Position numbers and translations under genes: made by a program
In this document: in pieces, positions 26,501 through 39,363 of the stretch
Layout: every line of letters begins with the position of its first letter
How positions within the stretch are numbered: position 1 is the stretch's first letter
Notes under the pieces: generated by a model
Seen by the model: only the letters and a program-made list of their open reading frames with translations
What the model was told of the DNA's origin: nothing
The model's database searches: none
DNA from: Convolutriloba macropyga
Taxonomy: Eukaryota
Direction: 5' to 3'
DNA length: 64,000 nucleotides
NCBI RefSeq assembly: GCF_964194025.1
Contig: NC_134475.1
Coordinates: 25,420,001-25,484,000 of the forward strand

Positions 26501-28213
26501 GAACGACTGATTTCTAGAACAATTTAAGGCAAAAAGCACTGATTATATATGTGGTTAGTGACTTTTAGATATATTTGCGGAAAGCGGGAACTTAAGTTGA
26601 TTGAGTTGAGCTTCGCGCGTCGCGAGGGATAATTTTGGATTTTGGAAGAATTGCAATTATTGTTTACAATGGGTTGTAGTTTGCTCTACGAGTGAAGTGT
26701 TAAGCGGTTTTTGCGACACGGGATATGCATACTTTAAATTGTTTAAATTGTTATTTTTGTTTATAGTGTGATTTTGCTGTGCGAGTGATAAGTGAGGATT
26801 ATGCTTGTGTATGCGCTTTGCGTGTGTGCTAATTAAATTTATAGTTTTAATTGTAGGCTCAATTTTAGGTGTGATTTGCTCTGCGTGATCATGTGCTTGT
26901 AATAATTTATTAAAATGAACGGCAGATGTGGTGGGTTCTGATTTAAAGGAACAGAGATAAGTTTCAATTTTGTCTCAATAAATTGATCATCATATGCAGA
27001 TACTATTTTGGCTTTTTGATTTGGGTGTCGGGATATGTAGTCTACGAAACCCATTTTTGCAACGGGCACGTGTTCAATATCGAATTGGAACGGAAATAGC
27101 TTATCAATCCAGCGAGTTAAGCGGCTGTTACTTATTAGATCTATTTTTTTTAATATAGAAAAAAGGGCTCTATGATCTGTAGTATTGACTGTGAAGTGTT
27201 TACCGTAGAATTAATTTTTAAAATATTCAATAGAACAAACTACCCCGAGAAGTTCGAGTTCATTCACGCAATATCGTTCATCTCAAGAATTTAAAAATTG
27301 AGAGGTAATTGCAATTGAATTCCACCCATCAACGGTTGATTGTTCGAGAGCTGCCCCGAGACCGGAACCAGAGGCGTCACATTTGACACGCATTTCGAGT
27401 TGCGGGTTATTGTGACTATTTTTGGTAGCATTTGCGATGCGGTTCTTTATTTCAAAAAAAGAATTTTCATGCTCCTCAAATCAGATAACTTTGGATAACT
27501 TTCTTATCAAGGATCGGAGTGGGTGACTAATTTGAGCTAAAATTAGTAAAAACTTACTAATATACTGTACCGAACTCAGGAAAGAGCGGAATTTCTTTAG
27601 TGTCTTTGGAGCCTCGAGAGAAAAGATTGCATAAGTTTTGCTCTCGATGGGCGAGATGCCCGATGTGAAACATGATACCCCAACCAATCAATTTCTAGTT
27701 TTGAGAAATGACATTTTTGAAGATTGGTCCGAAGATTTTCATCATCTAAACGTTTAAGACAATTCAAAACGTTTTTATTCTGTTCGGCCTCTAATCAATT
27801 ACTTACAATCAAAATATCGTCAGGACAACAATAAGTGTCTTTCAAACCAATGAGAGTATAATCCATGGTTCTTTGAAATTTTGCCGGCATATCTGTTTGA
27901 AATTCGGTTTGAAATGTCTATGTGCCAGTCATCTCTCTACTTATTATATTGAAATTACAGTGATTTGCTGTGTTAGGATCTAAGTTTAATTGACTGTACG
28001 CATATTTCAAGTCCAGCGTAGTGAATTATCTTGTGTTCTGCGATGCAGGAACACTAATTTGTTGAGAGGTAGTTCGAAGAGCGCATCAATATTGGGCATC
28101 TGATACCGGTTTTTATGAATAGCGTTATTTAGTATTTTAGAGTCCAGTGCCAGATTAATCGTTTGGTCTTTTTTACTCTAAGAACAATTTTCGTCAAATA
28201 ATTTTTGGAGTTC
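23580..28213 (-). repeat. Tandem duplication (~2315-bp unit) of RT/RNase H/linker/integrase start inside Gypsy element 2
   Basis: 23581 GTTCAGGTATGGCCAC recurs at 25896; near-identical ORFs 25161-25367 vs 27481-27687 and 24532-24750 vs 26839-27069. Confidence 0.95.
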
Positions 28214-29143
28214 TTTGTTCACTTTATCTTGAAGATTAATTGGTATTCGTCTACCTTTTTATTGTCTAGGTTGACAGTCTTTATCAAAATTAAGATTTAG
28301 CCACATGATTTTTTGATCTTCCGATGCGCGAAATCAAATTCAGAAAATTTTTGCAATATGCTCTTCGAATTCTGACGATGAAACAATGGTGTTGACCTGG
28401 TTAACTTTTACTGACGGAGATCTTGTTACCACCAGACCCAGACGATCAAATAGGTCTCATCCAATGAGAAGTTTGAAGGCGTCCGCCATAACACTGAAAG
28501 TCGCTTAATTCGAAGTTCATCCATTGCTTGTTATGGGAGTTTTTGGGCTGACTTGTTTGTGAATCGAGAACGCATGCGGAATGCTATCCAATACTTGCGT
28601 CGCGAGTGATCGATTAAGATACTGCATGCGCTCCCGGAGTCCACGAGAAGAGTAGTTGAAATATTGCCTATTTTGATAGGCATATTGAGGGGCTCAATCT
28701 TCGCTATGTCGTTTTCAATTAACGCAACCGTGTTATCTTCTCCACTGCTATAGTCGGATTCGTACAATTTGGTTGTGTGGAGGAATTTTACAGAATCCTC
28801 AGGGTGAGGTTCCTCATTCATTGTATTCTCTGTTCGCTTTGTGGAATTCGGAGTTTTTATATTCTTTTGTTTTCTGCACACTTTAGCGAAAAGATTCAGT
28901 AGTCAGCAGTAATTGCAGCTTTTCCATTTCGCTACACATTTATCACGATGGTTAGGTAGCAAATTTCCCTTGCAATTTGAGCTATATAGAGGTGGTCTAC
29001 TGTTTGCTTTCTGGAAGTTGTTTGAGTAGGACCAATTTGATGATCAGGAGTTGCTCGGAAACTGAATCGCGTTCCCGCTTGCCGGGATGAGCGTCTTGTT
29101 GTGCTGTTGATTTTGGTGCTGGTTTCGCACGCCGAGTTCCATA

Positions 29144-29848
29144 TTAATGGCCAACTCTAGTGCCTGGCGTGGTTCTAAAGTCTGTTTGAGGAGTTTTTTG
29201 TATCTCCGGATCAATTAAATTGGTGATGAATACAAAATCCTCTTTGTTCTCAAAATCACAGTTTTCTGCTAATTCTTTTAGCTTACCATAGAAATGCTCG
29301 ACTGTTTCTCCCCGAAATTTTTTTGTTATGAGAAATACGTGTCGTTCGAAAGTAATGTTTCGAGGGCGGATGAATGCAATTTCCACAATGTTCCAAAAGT
29401 CTGCAGTAGACAGTGTATCAATCATGATGTGCGGGTTCTTACGGTTTAGGATCTGACTACTTTCCACTCCATTACTCAGGTATAGGAGAGACACTGTTTT
29501 ACGATCTGCATGTGGCCATAGCTTGTCTCCACACATGATGCCGATTTCGATTAGTCGTTGGCATTTGTTTTGCCAATTCATCTTCTGTTGAGCGTTGCGG
29601 GTACTCCTTTCCCTTTCTGACTGTGCAGAGGAACCCATTATAGTGTATTCGTATATTAATTCTAACGGAAGATCCACCATCTCAGGTTCGGGTCCAAGTA
29701 CAGTGTCGAGAATTATTTTATCCTTTGCCAATTGTGCCAATTTGTATTGCACTCTCCATTTTTCCCAGCGAAGAGGGGGGTCGGTTGTTGGCTTATCCCA
29801 AAAAGCGTCGATCCCGAGCGGTGTACGCTTGTTTTCTGACTGCGCCAT
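29144..29848 (-). pseudogene. gag N-terminal part of Gypsy element 2
   Basis: 234-aa ORF MAQSENKRTPLGIDAFW...RGETVEHFYGKLKELAENCDFE; frameshifted before the zinc knuckles. Confidence 0.9.
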
Positions 29849-30246
29849 GTCGTACTCTACTTAGATTCAGTGCTCACTTGCGAAGCGCGTTTGCTTATTT
29901 CTCTCAGAAATGTGATTCGTGGAGCGCGATTCCAATCTGAATTATTTTCGTTTACTTCGGTGCGAGATACAAAGAAAAGTTTCCAACTGAGTTTGAATTA
30001 AAAAACTGAAGTTATGAAGCTCAAGGGCTTGTAATCAACTATACAAGGTGTGATCAGACATGTCTGATCACGAAGCGGGAAACCAAGACAAGATATAAAG
30101 GAACAATATAAAATCAAAATTGAATTAACGTGAAATGATAAGTCAAGGGCAAATGAAATTGAACTAAATTTAGAGCATCGAATTAAAATAACAAGCATCA
30201 TTCAGAGCATCAAATAAATAACAAAGTATGATACTTGGGTATCACA
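29848..30246 (-). repeat. 5' LTR of Gypsy element 2
   Basis: TGTGATACCC...GAGTACGACA on the minus strand, followed by the PBS. Confidence 0.9.
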
Positions 30247-31584
30247 AACCGAATGGAAGCAACAATTAAACAAAGCAACGACGTTTTGATTTTTCTTCTC
30301 TAACTTCTGTAGGAATTCGGAGTAGTGTCCGTATTTTCAACGCATAGGCCCTCTTTAATAGTGGATAAACGGTGGAAAAATTGTTTATGAGAGGTAATTT
30401 GTCAAAGACGCCGAGGTTACGTAAAACATAGAAGGCATAAATCGAAAGAACATTAGTCGACAGAGGAAATTGCTGTCAATATAAAACAACTGCGCTCAGC
30501 GTGCTCCTCTTGGAGCGCTTCTTTGTCATTTTTCCTGGGGACACAAAATGTAATACTACAAAAACATGAAAACACAACTTGTGTTGACGCCCGACAGCAA
30601 TCAACCTTTTGTTGTCCGACTCCATCATTGCAAAAATTTTGCAAACAATTTTCAGTATAACTTTGTTTGTCAACAAATTGGAAAGAAATGAAATTATATA
30701 CTATGCTCACAGCATATTTTCGTTGATCCCATTTCGGTGTCTAAAAAATTGGCTGAGCATTTTTTAAGCTGTTTTTTAGAATCAAGTGGCTACATCAAGA
30801 ATATGAAAAAGATTTGTGACACACAGGGACCAATTTGTGAACAATTAAAGGATCAATTGTTCCTTTTTTTCACCAAATTGATTTCAGTTAGTTGTCTGAA
30901 TAACCGGGAACAAATTATTCTATTTCTGGTTGTTTAAGATATGGCATCAAAGCTCAATTAACAAACGTTTGGTAAAGAGCATAGTCTTAGTAAATTTATG
31001 CCCAAATCTTCAGCTACGTACAATTTTTAATCACCATTACTTAGTCAAATAATAGTCTATAATTTTATTTGTCAATTATCAGTCAACAAGACTCAAAATG
31101 AAGACTAAAACAAACAGTCATAACGCTTTATCTCAAAATATATTGCTTTAAATTTCAACCAAATGCTGGCAAAATGTTGGAGAGTTATGGATTTCTTCCA
31201 GTGGAAAAATGTTGGGAGAAAATGAAATTCAGGGAAGAAACGGCATTGTTTGACATCTAATTTATCTAATCTAAATAAGTTCAATTTTTAACTTGGCGAC
31301 TTTAGTTATGTCAAAAACGTTTCTAAACAAAATATTGTTGGGATATGTTCTCGAACAAAAACTCAATTGGTTCGAATTTATTTAGAAACAACTTCCGAAG
31401 ATGTAATCTTGTGAAAATTGAATTTATATTTCTAAAGCCCCAGATAGTTTTGGTCATTGCGCTGACCAATAGGAAGGAGGTAATGCGGAGTCGTTATGTT
31501 CACCTGCACGCTGTCCAAAAAGAGAGTAAGATTTCCGGAAATGTTTAATGTAATACAACTTTTCCAATGATGAAAATTTGTAAG

Positions 31585-31796
31585 ATTAGCGGTGAATTTT
31601 GCGGTGAATTTTTATAAGAATTGCGATTTTTAGCGGTGAATTTTTTTCACCGCATAAGCGGTGAAAAAATTTTTCACCGCTTAAAAGTTTTTTCACCGCA
31701 TTGATTGCATTGAGCGCTAATCTTACACTTTTTACTCAAATTCACCGCAAATCTTACATCTTTTAGCGATTTTTAGCGGTGACACCTCGACCCGGG
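31585..31796. repeat. Subterminal repeat array (GCGGTGAA / TTCACCGC in both orientations) ending in a CCTCGACCCGGG transposon-like terminus
   Basis: About five GCGGTGA(A) and four TTCACCGC units; terminus shared with the 7447-7897 element. Confidence 0.6.
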
Positions 31797-32183
31797 CCAT
31801 TGCTGTGACGGCTGCAATATCCCGACTCTTGAAACTGCTTTACGCCAGGTTGGCTGTATTGAACCGATAAAAAGCACTGTATCTGAACCATGAAGACTGT
31901 AAGCTGGTTGTCTGCTGTTTGATGGTAATTCTTTGCATTAACAGCACATAATTCATAACATATTGATTATAATATTGTGTGATATTGTGCGATTGTAGAA
32001 TATTGGAAATGCGAAAAACCTTATTAATCTTAAAACTGACTATTGTGCTATCTTTGAATATTATTTAGATAGATTCAATTGGCTCCTAAAGTCCGAGCTC
32101 CGGTCGATCCATCAGACGATATGTTGTTGGAGCCACATGGATCGAATGGAATCTGGGTGCATAGACGTTAGTTCTATTCTGCC

Positions 32184-33305
32184 AAACCTCTTAATATATA
32201 TCGTTGAAGCCGTATGGGCTACAAAAGTCTCACCTCTAAAGAATGACCCATGGTTTAGGAAAATTTGTGGCAACCATGACCGCACAGGTCTTGTGGAACC
32301 TGAACTCAAATAGGCAGCGGTAAAGCAACCGAAGCCGGCAATTGTTTCATCAATTTCCGGAGTTGAATTAAAACATTTCTCTGGACTGTCCTACTCATCT
32401 CCTACACTCTCCTACACTGAGTTCTAAACAAATTCAAATCTTGGTTGGTGACTTAAGCGTAACTCTGTTTTCAAGTTACAACTGTTATGGTCTTTCACTA
32501 GATTTAGCTAACAAAATCAAGCCTAAAACAATTTTCGGTGATAATTAGACAAAATTTGTGGTTGCTACTAAAAAGTTGCAAACTCAAATAAATAGTTGGA
32601 ACAAGCAGCAGCAAGAGGAACTATTATTTCACAAGAAAATTAAGTGGCGCCTCTATCCTCCACGATCTCCAAATTTGATTGAAGTCTCTGATAGACTAAA
32701 TTGGAGTTGCGAATCATTGAAAATTTCGATACTTGGCAACAAAAATTTAAATTACGAGATACTCAACAAAAACTTTGAAGAAAAGACCTTCAAAGCAAAC
32801 TATCACCCGCAGGCAACGGCTCCAAAAGCGCTAAAAATGTTGAGTGTGTTGCGTTCTCTTAATATAGTTTTCTTTGGCCGAGTGAATAAATCAGCTCTAT
32901 TTTAACCGTCAGCAGGGAAGTTTGCACCTTTTCAAATATCATAAAAGGCAAAGCTAACATGATCTGGCTGTGACGGTCAAACGAGCGTCTATCCAAAAAG
33001 CAACTATCGGGAAATTTGAAACAAAAAAGATCCGAAGTAGTTCAAAGATCAAATCAAATTAGTTGATGTAGTTTGCCTGGTGTAGAAAATGGGAAATCAT
33101 ACTTTACCCATAAAAGGTCGCAAATGGAAGTTGAATGGGTCGAAAATTGATTTTCTGAGGGGGACCAAGTTTATAAAAGTTAGATATCAATCGATATTTA
33201 ACTCACTCAGTGTGGTCAAAATTGGTGGGGAGTTAGCACACACTTGGGGCAAATTCCATTGTTGTCACTTTTTGGGAATTTGTTTTATAGCTACCACCGG
33301 GGGGC
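32184..33305 (+). mobile_element. Degraded BEL/Pao integrase and 3' end, preceded by a ~190-bp conserved head
   Basis: IFGDN*TKFVVA..SWNKQQ..IKWRLYPPRSPNL..DRL resembles BEL SDNGTNFVGA..WKFNPPxAPHxGGxWERL; C-terminal SVVKIGGEL; ends in CCGGGGGGC PPT before the LTR. Confidence 0.7.
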
Positions 33306-34114
33306 TGTAGACTTCCAAGTAAGGCTTAATTTCTTGAGTTCATAGTTGGACCGATTGACTAATTGGTAGCGTCATAAGTCTGTTACTGATTTTGTTTTAG
33401 TTTGAATAGCTTGAGTAGAAGTCGGCATTGAATAAGGAACGTGCTCAGGTCATTCAATCGTTTTTTTTTTGGAATCATAACAAACGTTACCTAAGAAAAT
33501 TATAATTAATGTAGTCCAAAATGCAAAATGAAAAAATTATATTGCTTTGATCACTCTTGTACGTCGTTGCTTGATAGGTTACTAAGGAGTAGAGCAACAA
33601 AATTACCAAAAACAGTACCATAATAAGAGCTGTAGCTTAGGAGTCGATCTTTAGAGAAGTTGTGACAATAATATTGTTGAGAGAGTTGAACGGACTTGAT
33701 AAATTCAGGACTTCAGTTTGCGCGATTGGAAATCAGAATGACTGAGAACACCGGAGAACCGCAGTTAGATCAAGCGGCTTAATTGATAGCTTGTAGAATT
33801 GAGAGAACATTAGCCCTTTTTTGTGAGTTTAGTCACAAAATTAAAGTTGTGAACCATCTTTTATATTAAGACTCTAGTTGATTTTTGATTTTATTTTGTG
33901 ATCTTTTACATTTCTTGTTCATTTAACTCAATCAAAGTTATTTGATTACTCGAATCATTCATTACTTTCATAAGGCCAACAAGAGCAGCGTGGTGACAAA
34001 AGAACCCTCCAAAAAAAGTCTGAGAGCAGTCAAAAAACCCCTTTCAATTTGTTAGAGTTTTGGGCGCTAGCCGGTCCACAGCTAGTCAGCCTAAGCATAG
34101 TACAAAATTCTACA
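33306..34114 (+). repeat. BEL-type LTR copy 1
   Basis: Terminal inverted repeat TGTAGA...TCTACA; homologous to 39364-40170 and 43103-43914. Confidence 0.85.
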
Positions 34115-34522
34115 GTCGCGCTCCTGGGTTGGCGCTCCACAAATCTTGACAGTTGATGTGGATTGACGGCTCTGGTTGTTGCAAATGAACAAGATTGGAC
34201 TTTGCTAATGTAATTGACGAGAAAAGGGAATCGACTTGTGTTACAAGTGAAGAAGGAAGAGAAACCCATGGACAGAGTCAAGTTGGAGCTTGACTGTGAG
34301 GACCAGAGAGAGTGCGGGTGTGCAGAGTAGTTTTCAGTTGAGTTGGATTTTGACTGTGGGTGTTGTTAACATTCAGCTTTTCTTAAGATTAGAGGAGAGT
34401 GTGTTTTGACTTAGTCAAGATTGTAAGTTTTGTGAGGCTTAGTTTGTGCAGAAAATTGGCTATCCAAGCAAAAATTGTCACAACGCTTATGCCGAGATCA
34501 AAAGTTTTGTGAGGCAAGGTAA

Positions 34523-34558
<36 letters not shown>
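34523..34558. repeat. (GA)n microsatellite
   Basis: Direct observation; one interruption. Confidence 0.95.
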
Positions 34559-34761
34559 TTGCTAGTCCAGAGTTAGAGGTGGTCTAAAAAGGTAAAGGTT
34601 TAGTTAGAGCATGTTATTCAAGACTGTCCTTGTTAGTAATTGGTTTTTCTTGAAAAAAATCTCTTCTTTAAGAGAAACCATTTCTGGATATCGAGAGCTT
34701 GAAACAGGAAGTTGGTAAGTTGTTATTTGGCAAGTGACAGTTGTGAGTGTAAGGTTTGTGA

Positions 34762-34903
34762 NNNNNNNNNNNNNNNNNNNNNNNNNNNNNNNNNNNNNNN
34801 NNNNNNNNNNNNNNNNNNNNNNNNNNNNNNNNNNNNNNNNNNNNNNNNNNNNNNNNNNNNNNNNNNNNNNNNNNNNNNNNNNNNNNNNNNNNNNNNNNNN
34901 NNN
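34762..34903. other. Assembly gap (142 N)
   Basis: Run of n. Confidence 1.
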
Positions 34904-37900
34904 TTTCCTTCAAACTGGAGGAGCACATGTCGGAAAGTTTAAATCTGAAGCAGAGAACTAGAATAAATTTGCAAACGAGGCTTGTGGTGGTTCAACAGCA
35001 GCAGTATGCTATTATAGTGTTGCATAGCAGATAAATCAGGTTAGAGGAACAGGAGTTACTGATAGGATCGAAAGAATTGAGCTCAGCAGAAGTGAGAGGC
35101 TAAGTGATCTTCTCAGACAGAGAAGGCCGTTAGACAGAGTAGAAACAGTTAGAGTTGAGAAACACCACGAATAAAAAGACGAAAAAAAGAGTTACAAAAT
35201 TATTCATTAAGGATGGATTGGAGTGCGTTCCTGTTCGTAGAGTATTTTGCGTCGGAAAGTTTCCTGAATTGGTAGGACTGGAGGATGTACTACCTTGACG
35301 TTATAGACGTGTTATAAAAGATTGAGGATCAAGCTAGGTTGTCAATGCTTAGTCTATTGAGAGGGTGGGCGTTGCAAGCGGTTTTGCATTTGCATTTCAG
35401 ATTCTGGTTGTCGGAAACTGGTGAATAAGTAATGTCGTTAAGATAATACTTTGACCTCATTGAGAAGAAGCTATCTAGAAGTAAGAAAAAAAACATTAGT
35501 TGTACGGACAGTATTAGAAGTAGGGGAAGAAATGTAATGGACGAAAAATGACAAAGTGAGAATGGTCTAGCGGAAGGCAGGATAAAAGACTGCTCAAACC
35601 AGAACTTCGAAGAAGACTTTGAACTTATTGAAAATGGTTCGAAACTAGTGAGAACAAGATGCAGTAACCAAGATGAAGCAACGGGAAACTTCCAGAACAA
35701 ATTAAATGTGCAACAATTGAGTTAGGAGCAAGCAGAAGAGATAGGTCTGAGTATGTTGGGAGAAGTAAACAGGGAAGAGCAAGTAGGAATCAAGTATCGG
35801 TACGATCAAGGAACCGGACGGGAAATAATTTTGATCCCAAGTAAATGGCTCGAGACAACTGTTGTTTCTATAGACTTTGCAAGGGAGTCAATTAAAAATT
35901 TTGATGAAGAAGCGTGCCGAGGAAAAAAAACGTTGGTAATAGAGTTGAACTATACAAAAATATTGATGAACAAGAAGGATTGGGGATAGCGAGCTGCAGT
36001 CAGGAATTGAAAAAAGGAGGAAAAGCAGCGCCGTAAAATAGAGAACAAAAAAGAGAGAAGACTATATGAGAAGAGTAGGGAAATATTCTTATCAAGGTTA
36101 GAGAAAGTAGTTACGCTTGAAGGTTTGTCTTCTACGTTGACAACTCATCAGCGATTGATTGAGGGCTTGACTGTCTCTTCATGACTGAATTCGAATACAA
36201 GGACAAAGAGAATGACGGAATTAAGCTTCTTCCTTAGTTCTTTGGATGTACTCAAGAGACAAGCCTTTGGGATGTACCTCCCATGGCACCTGAGTTTTCG
36301 TCTCCATTTGAAGGCGGTTAAATGGATATGAGAGAGATAGAGTCCATTTATAGAATTTTTGCGGAATACCTAGCTGATGACAATTTTAGAGCTAATTTAA
36401 TTGAAGACATTGGCAATGTAATTGAAGAAATTCTATGTATAGTTGAGAAAAGGGGTGCTGTATCTAGTAAAATTGAAGATGCATCTTTTCGAAACGTGAA
36501 TCAAGTCAAAAGGAAACATATTGGTTCCGTTTCTCCTGCAAGCGTTAATTGTGGACCCTGGCAATGTGCAGACTTACAAACAAATAGGATGGGAGAAATT
36601 TCTCGACAGATTCAGTGGAGTGAAAACCTTGGTGACTTAAAAGGAGAACGGCCAAAAGTATGTGCAGATTTTAATCCACTGGTGGATCCTAAAGTTCATG
36701 AATTTAAATCGGAGGAGAAAATTAGTACATGGGCAGTTGTGGACTTTCAAAATGATAGGAGAGCAGTCCAGAGACCCCAAAATTAGAATAAACGAGATAG
36801 GATTCAAGTTATATCGGGGGTTTGTGAAATAGACTTCTGCTGAAAAACAACAGGGGTTTTTGAAGTTAGTGAAACGAGCAGGTCTAAAGCTGACAGTGTT
36901 CAAATCCCGGAAAACTGCACTTCAATGGTTTCAGTGGTACATCCAGGAAACATTTCAGGTGAATGCATATTACAAGTGCTGTCTTTGGCTAGAGTTGCTG
37001 AGTTTGATTGAGAAAACTCGTCAGAGGGTCCTATCGAGGGTATATGTGCAGTGATTTCCACCAGAGAGCGGGATCAACTCTCCAATTTCACTGTAGTATT
37101 AGAACGATTTGAGGTTTGTTCAGTTAATGACAAGACAAAAACGAGTGTTCACAAGAAGGGACTGATAGAGGCCTGCATGACTGATTCGGAGTAATGTCAA
37201 GAATTACAGAGGAGCTACGATCGTACATTGTGTCTTGAGAACCAGTCATGCTTAAATAGGCCCGAGCTCCGGGCCAGACTGGAAAAGAACTTGTTCAGAT
37301 TTGAACACCCGTGGCCGGAAGATGGGGATGAAGGGGAGATTGTCCCCGCGCGAGAGAGTGATACTCAGCGCAAATCGGAAGCCCAAGTTAACAAAGATTT
37401 TTTGACTAACCCAATTTTAAGAGAAAACCTGAGTGTCTAAAGTTGTCATAACAACTGGAGAACAGCTGAAGTGTCTTTGGTGGAGGAAATTTTGACAATT
37501 TTGGAACAGTTTTCCATGAAAAGTCAAATAGAGTTAAAGGAGGGATTTGTTTTTCAAGGTTCAAATCAAGGACGAAATGTAGGACATCCGAGAACAGCTA
37601 GGCGGAAGAGGTTTGGCTTTGGAAGTCAGTACACAAAATGCTATATGAAGCGGCTTGGAAAGCTTGAAAGCGTTGTCAGAATGCGGCATCTGGCAGAGAG
37701 AAAAGGCGGAATGAAGGCAGACTCAAGTCGCAGTGAGCAATCAACGGATTCACGCAGCTCATGTAGTGAGGATTTGGGATCCAGGATTTGTGGTGCGGCC
37801 ATAGCCGAAACAAGTGAGTCTTGTAGTTCACCAGAGGACTTAGCAGCATATGAGCGAACAAACTAGAAAGGGAGTTAATTTAGAAGTTTGAGCCATCAGC

Positions 37901-39363
37901 TGTTTCCCAGTACTAAGCTGATCAAGCCGAGAGCTGGATACGGAACCCTAAATAGCGGTCAGAAATCGAAGCACGACCATATCTGATCCTCGAAGGATGA
38001 ACGGATGATCGGGGTGGCTTAAGACAATTCGAAAAAAGAGATGGAGCAGACTGATGATCGTGCGGAGATGGTGCTGGAAGAGGAGACCTCTAGATGCGAG
38101 GTGGCTGTCTAGTGATGAGATGGGAGGACATCCCTTCAAGCATGGAAGAAAAGAAGATTTTAAGAAAGTACAGTCGGTTTCATAATCTTCAGCATGATAG
38201 CTTTTTCTCCTTTTGGTGTCTAATCTTGTGTTTCAGATTGGTTTCTGTGTCTAACCATTGGTCATTAAAGTGCTAAACTTAGTCTGAAATATTGGTTAAT
38301 TGTGTTAAGTTTGTGTTTGTGGCGAAATAACTGCTTGGTATTTTTATCCAAACTGTAACCGGTAGAGGGTGTGTAAAGTATCAGTGGTTAAACACAGAAA
38401 CTTGATTTGTGAGTATTGTGCAGAGTAAGCTATTTGCATATAACTTACCTTGAAATTATATTAGAAAGGTGAGTTGAACCAATTTATTTGAATTGATTAT
38501 TACTAAAACGTTCAAATAGAAATTTTGGCGAGGTGAACGGGTTAAGTGCTGAAGAGATTCGATGGATTCACTAGCCAGTTGTTGGGTAGATATAGCGTAT
38601 CAAAAAGTGGTTTTGAGTTTTCTCTTTACTAGTTGTTATATGTGTTGTATCTATAAACAGAGACAAGTTTCTAATTTGCGTAATCCTTCTAGTAGTTTTA
38701 GCCATTATTGTTGATTTGGATTCATATGCTGTAAATTTGGTAAGTTTTCTAGAGTAATACGTTGATGTACTATTACAAATCATTGGTAGATAGCAATGGT
38801 CCACAATTAGTCTACTAGGCGTAGCAAAAATGCATAAGTCTCTTGTGATGTGTCGTGGAACTAATAAAGAAAAGGTAAGGCATGCTTGACGCAAAATCTA
38901 CTGGTAAGGGAGACTAGATGAATCAACGAGACGAGCAGAACCTTTTTTTTCTAAGGTTGCCTAAGATTTAGGTCAATTGCCAGATTTAGTAAATATTTGG
39001 GAGAATAATAACATAGAAGGGAGGAATGTAGAATATTGGAAATCCTACTTTTCTCACAGAAGTGTCGCAATTGGAAATTGTATAAAATTAATTTGGAAAA
39101 ATGGTTTCCTACAAAATGTTAGTGTGGCTTTCGGCTTGCAATTGAATGTCATTTGGCCAACCAGAAATTTGTGGAACAAAAGTGTAGATCTTAGAAGATG
39201 AATGGGTCGAAAATTTATTTTCGGAGGGGGACCAAGTTTATGGAAGTTATCAATCGATATTTATCTCAGTGTGGTCAAAATTGGTGGGGAATTAGTACAA
39301 ACTTGGGGCAAATTCCATTGTTGTCATTTTTGGGGAATTTGTTTCATAGGTACCGCCGGGGGC

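Larger units (their letters stand above)
21469..30246 (-). mobile_element. Full-length decayed Ty3/Gypsy (Mag-like) element 2, related to element 1, with internal 2.3-kb duplication
   Basis: LTRs 21469-21855 and 29848-30246; TSD AATCG/AACCG (1 mismatch); PBS TGGCGCAGTCAG; gag ORF 29144-29848; protease LVDSGSACSI; RT ..DDI; integrase DQAKCL, GLVETLIQTIK. Confidence 0.95.

Noticed and set aside
31585-31796. CRISPR-like repeat array
   Set aside because: Repeats are 8-11 nt, in both orientations and irregularly spaced, in a eukaryotic context; better explained as transposon subterminal repeats.
34115-34140. PBS after BEL LTR copy 1
   Set aside because: GTCGCGCTCC/TGGCGCTCC is suggestive but too degenerate to assign a tRNA.
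34668-34961. ORFs containing X runs
   Set aside because: Artefacts of the N gap.
35700-38200. ORFs of 60-154 aa as independent genes
   Set aside because: They lie between BEL-type LTRs in purine-rich decayed sequence and are most simply degraded gag-region remnants.
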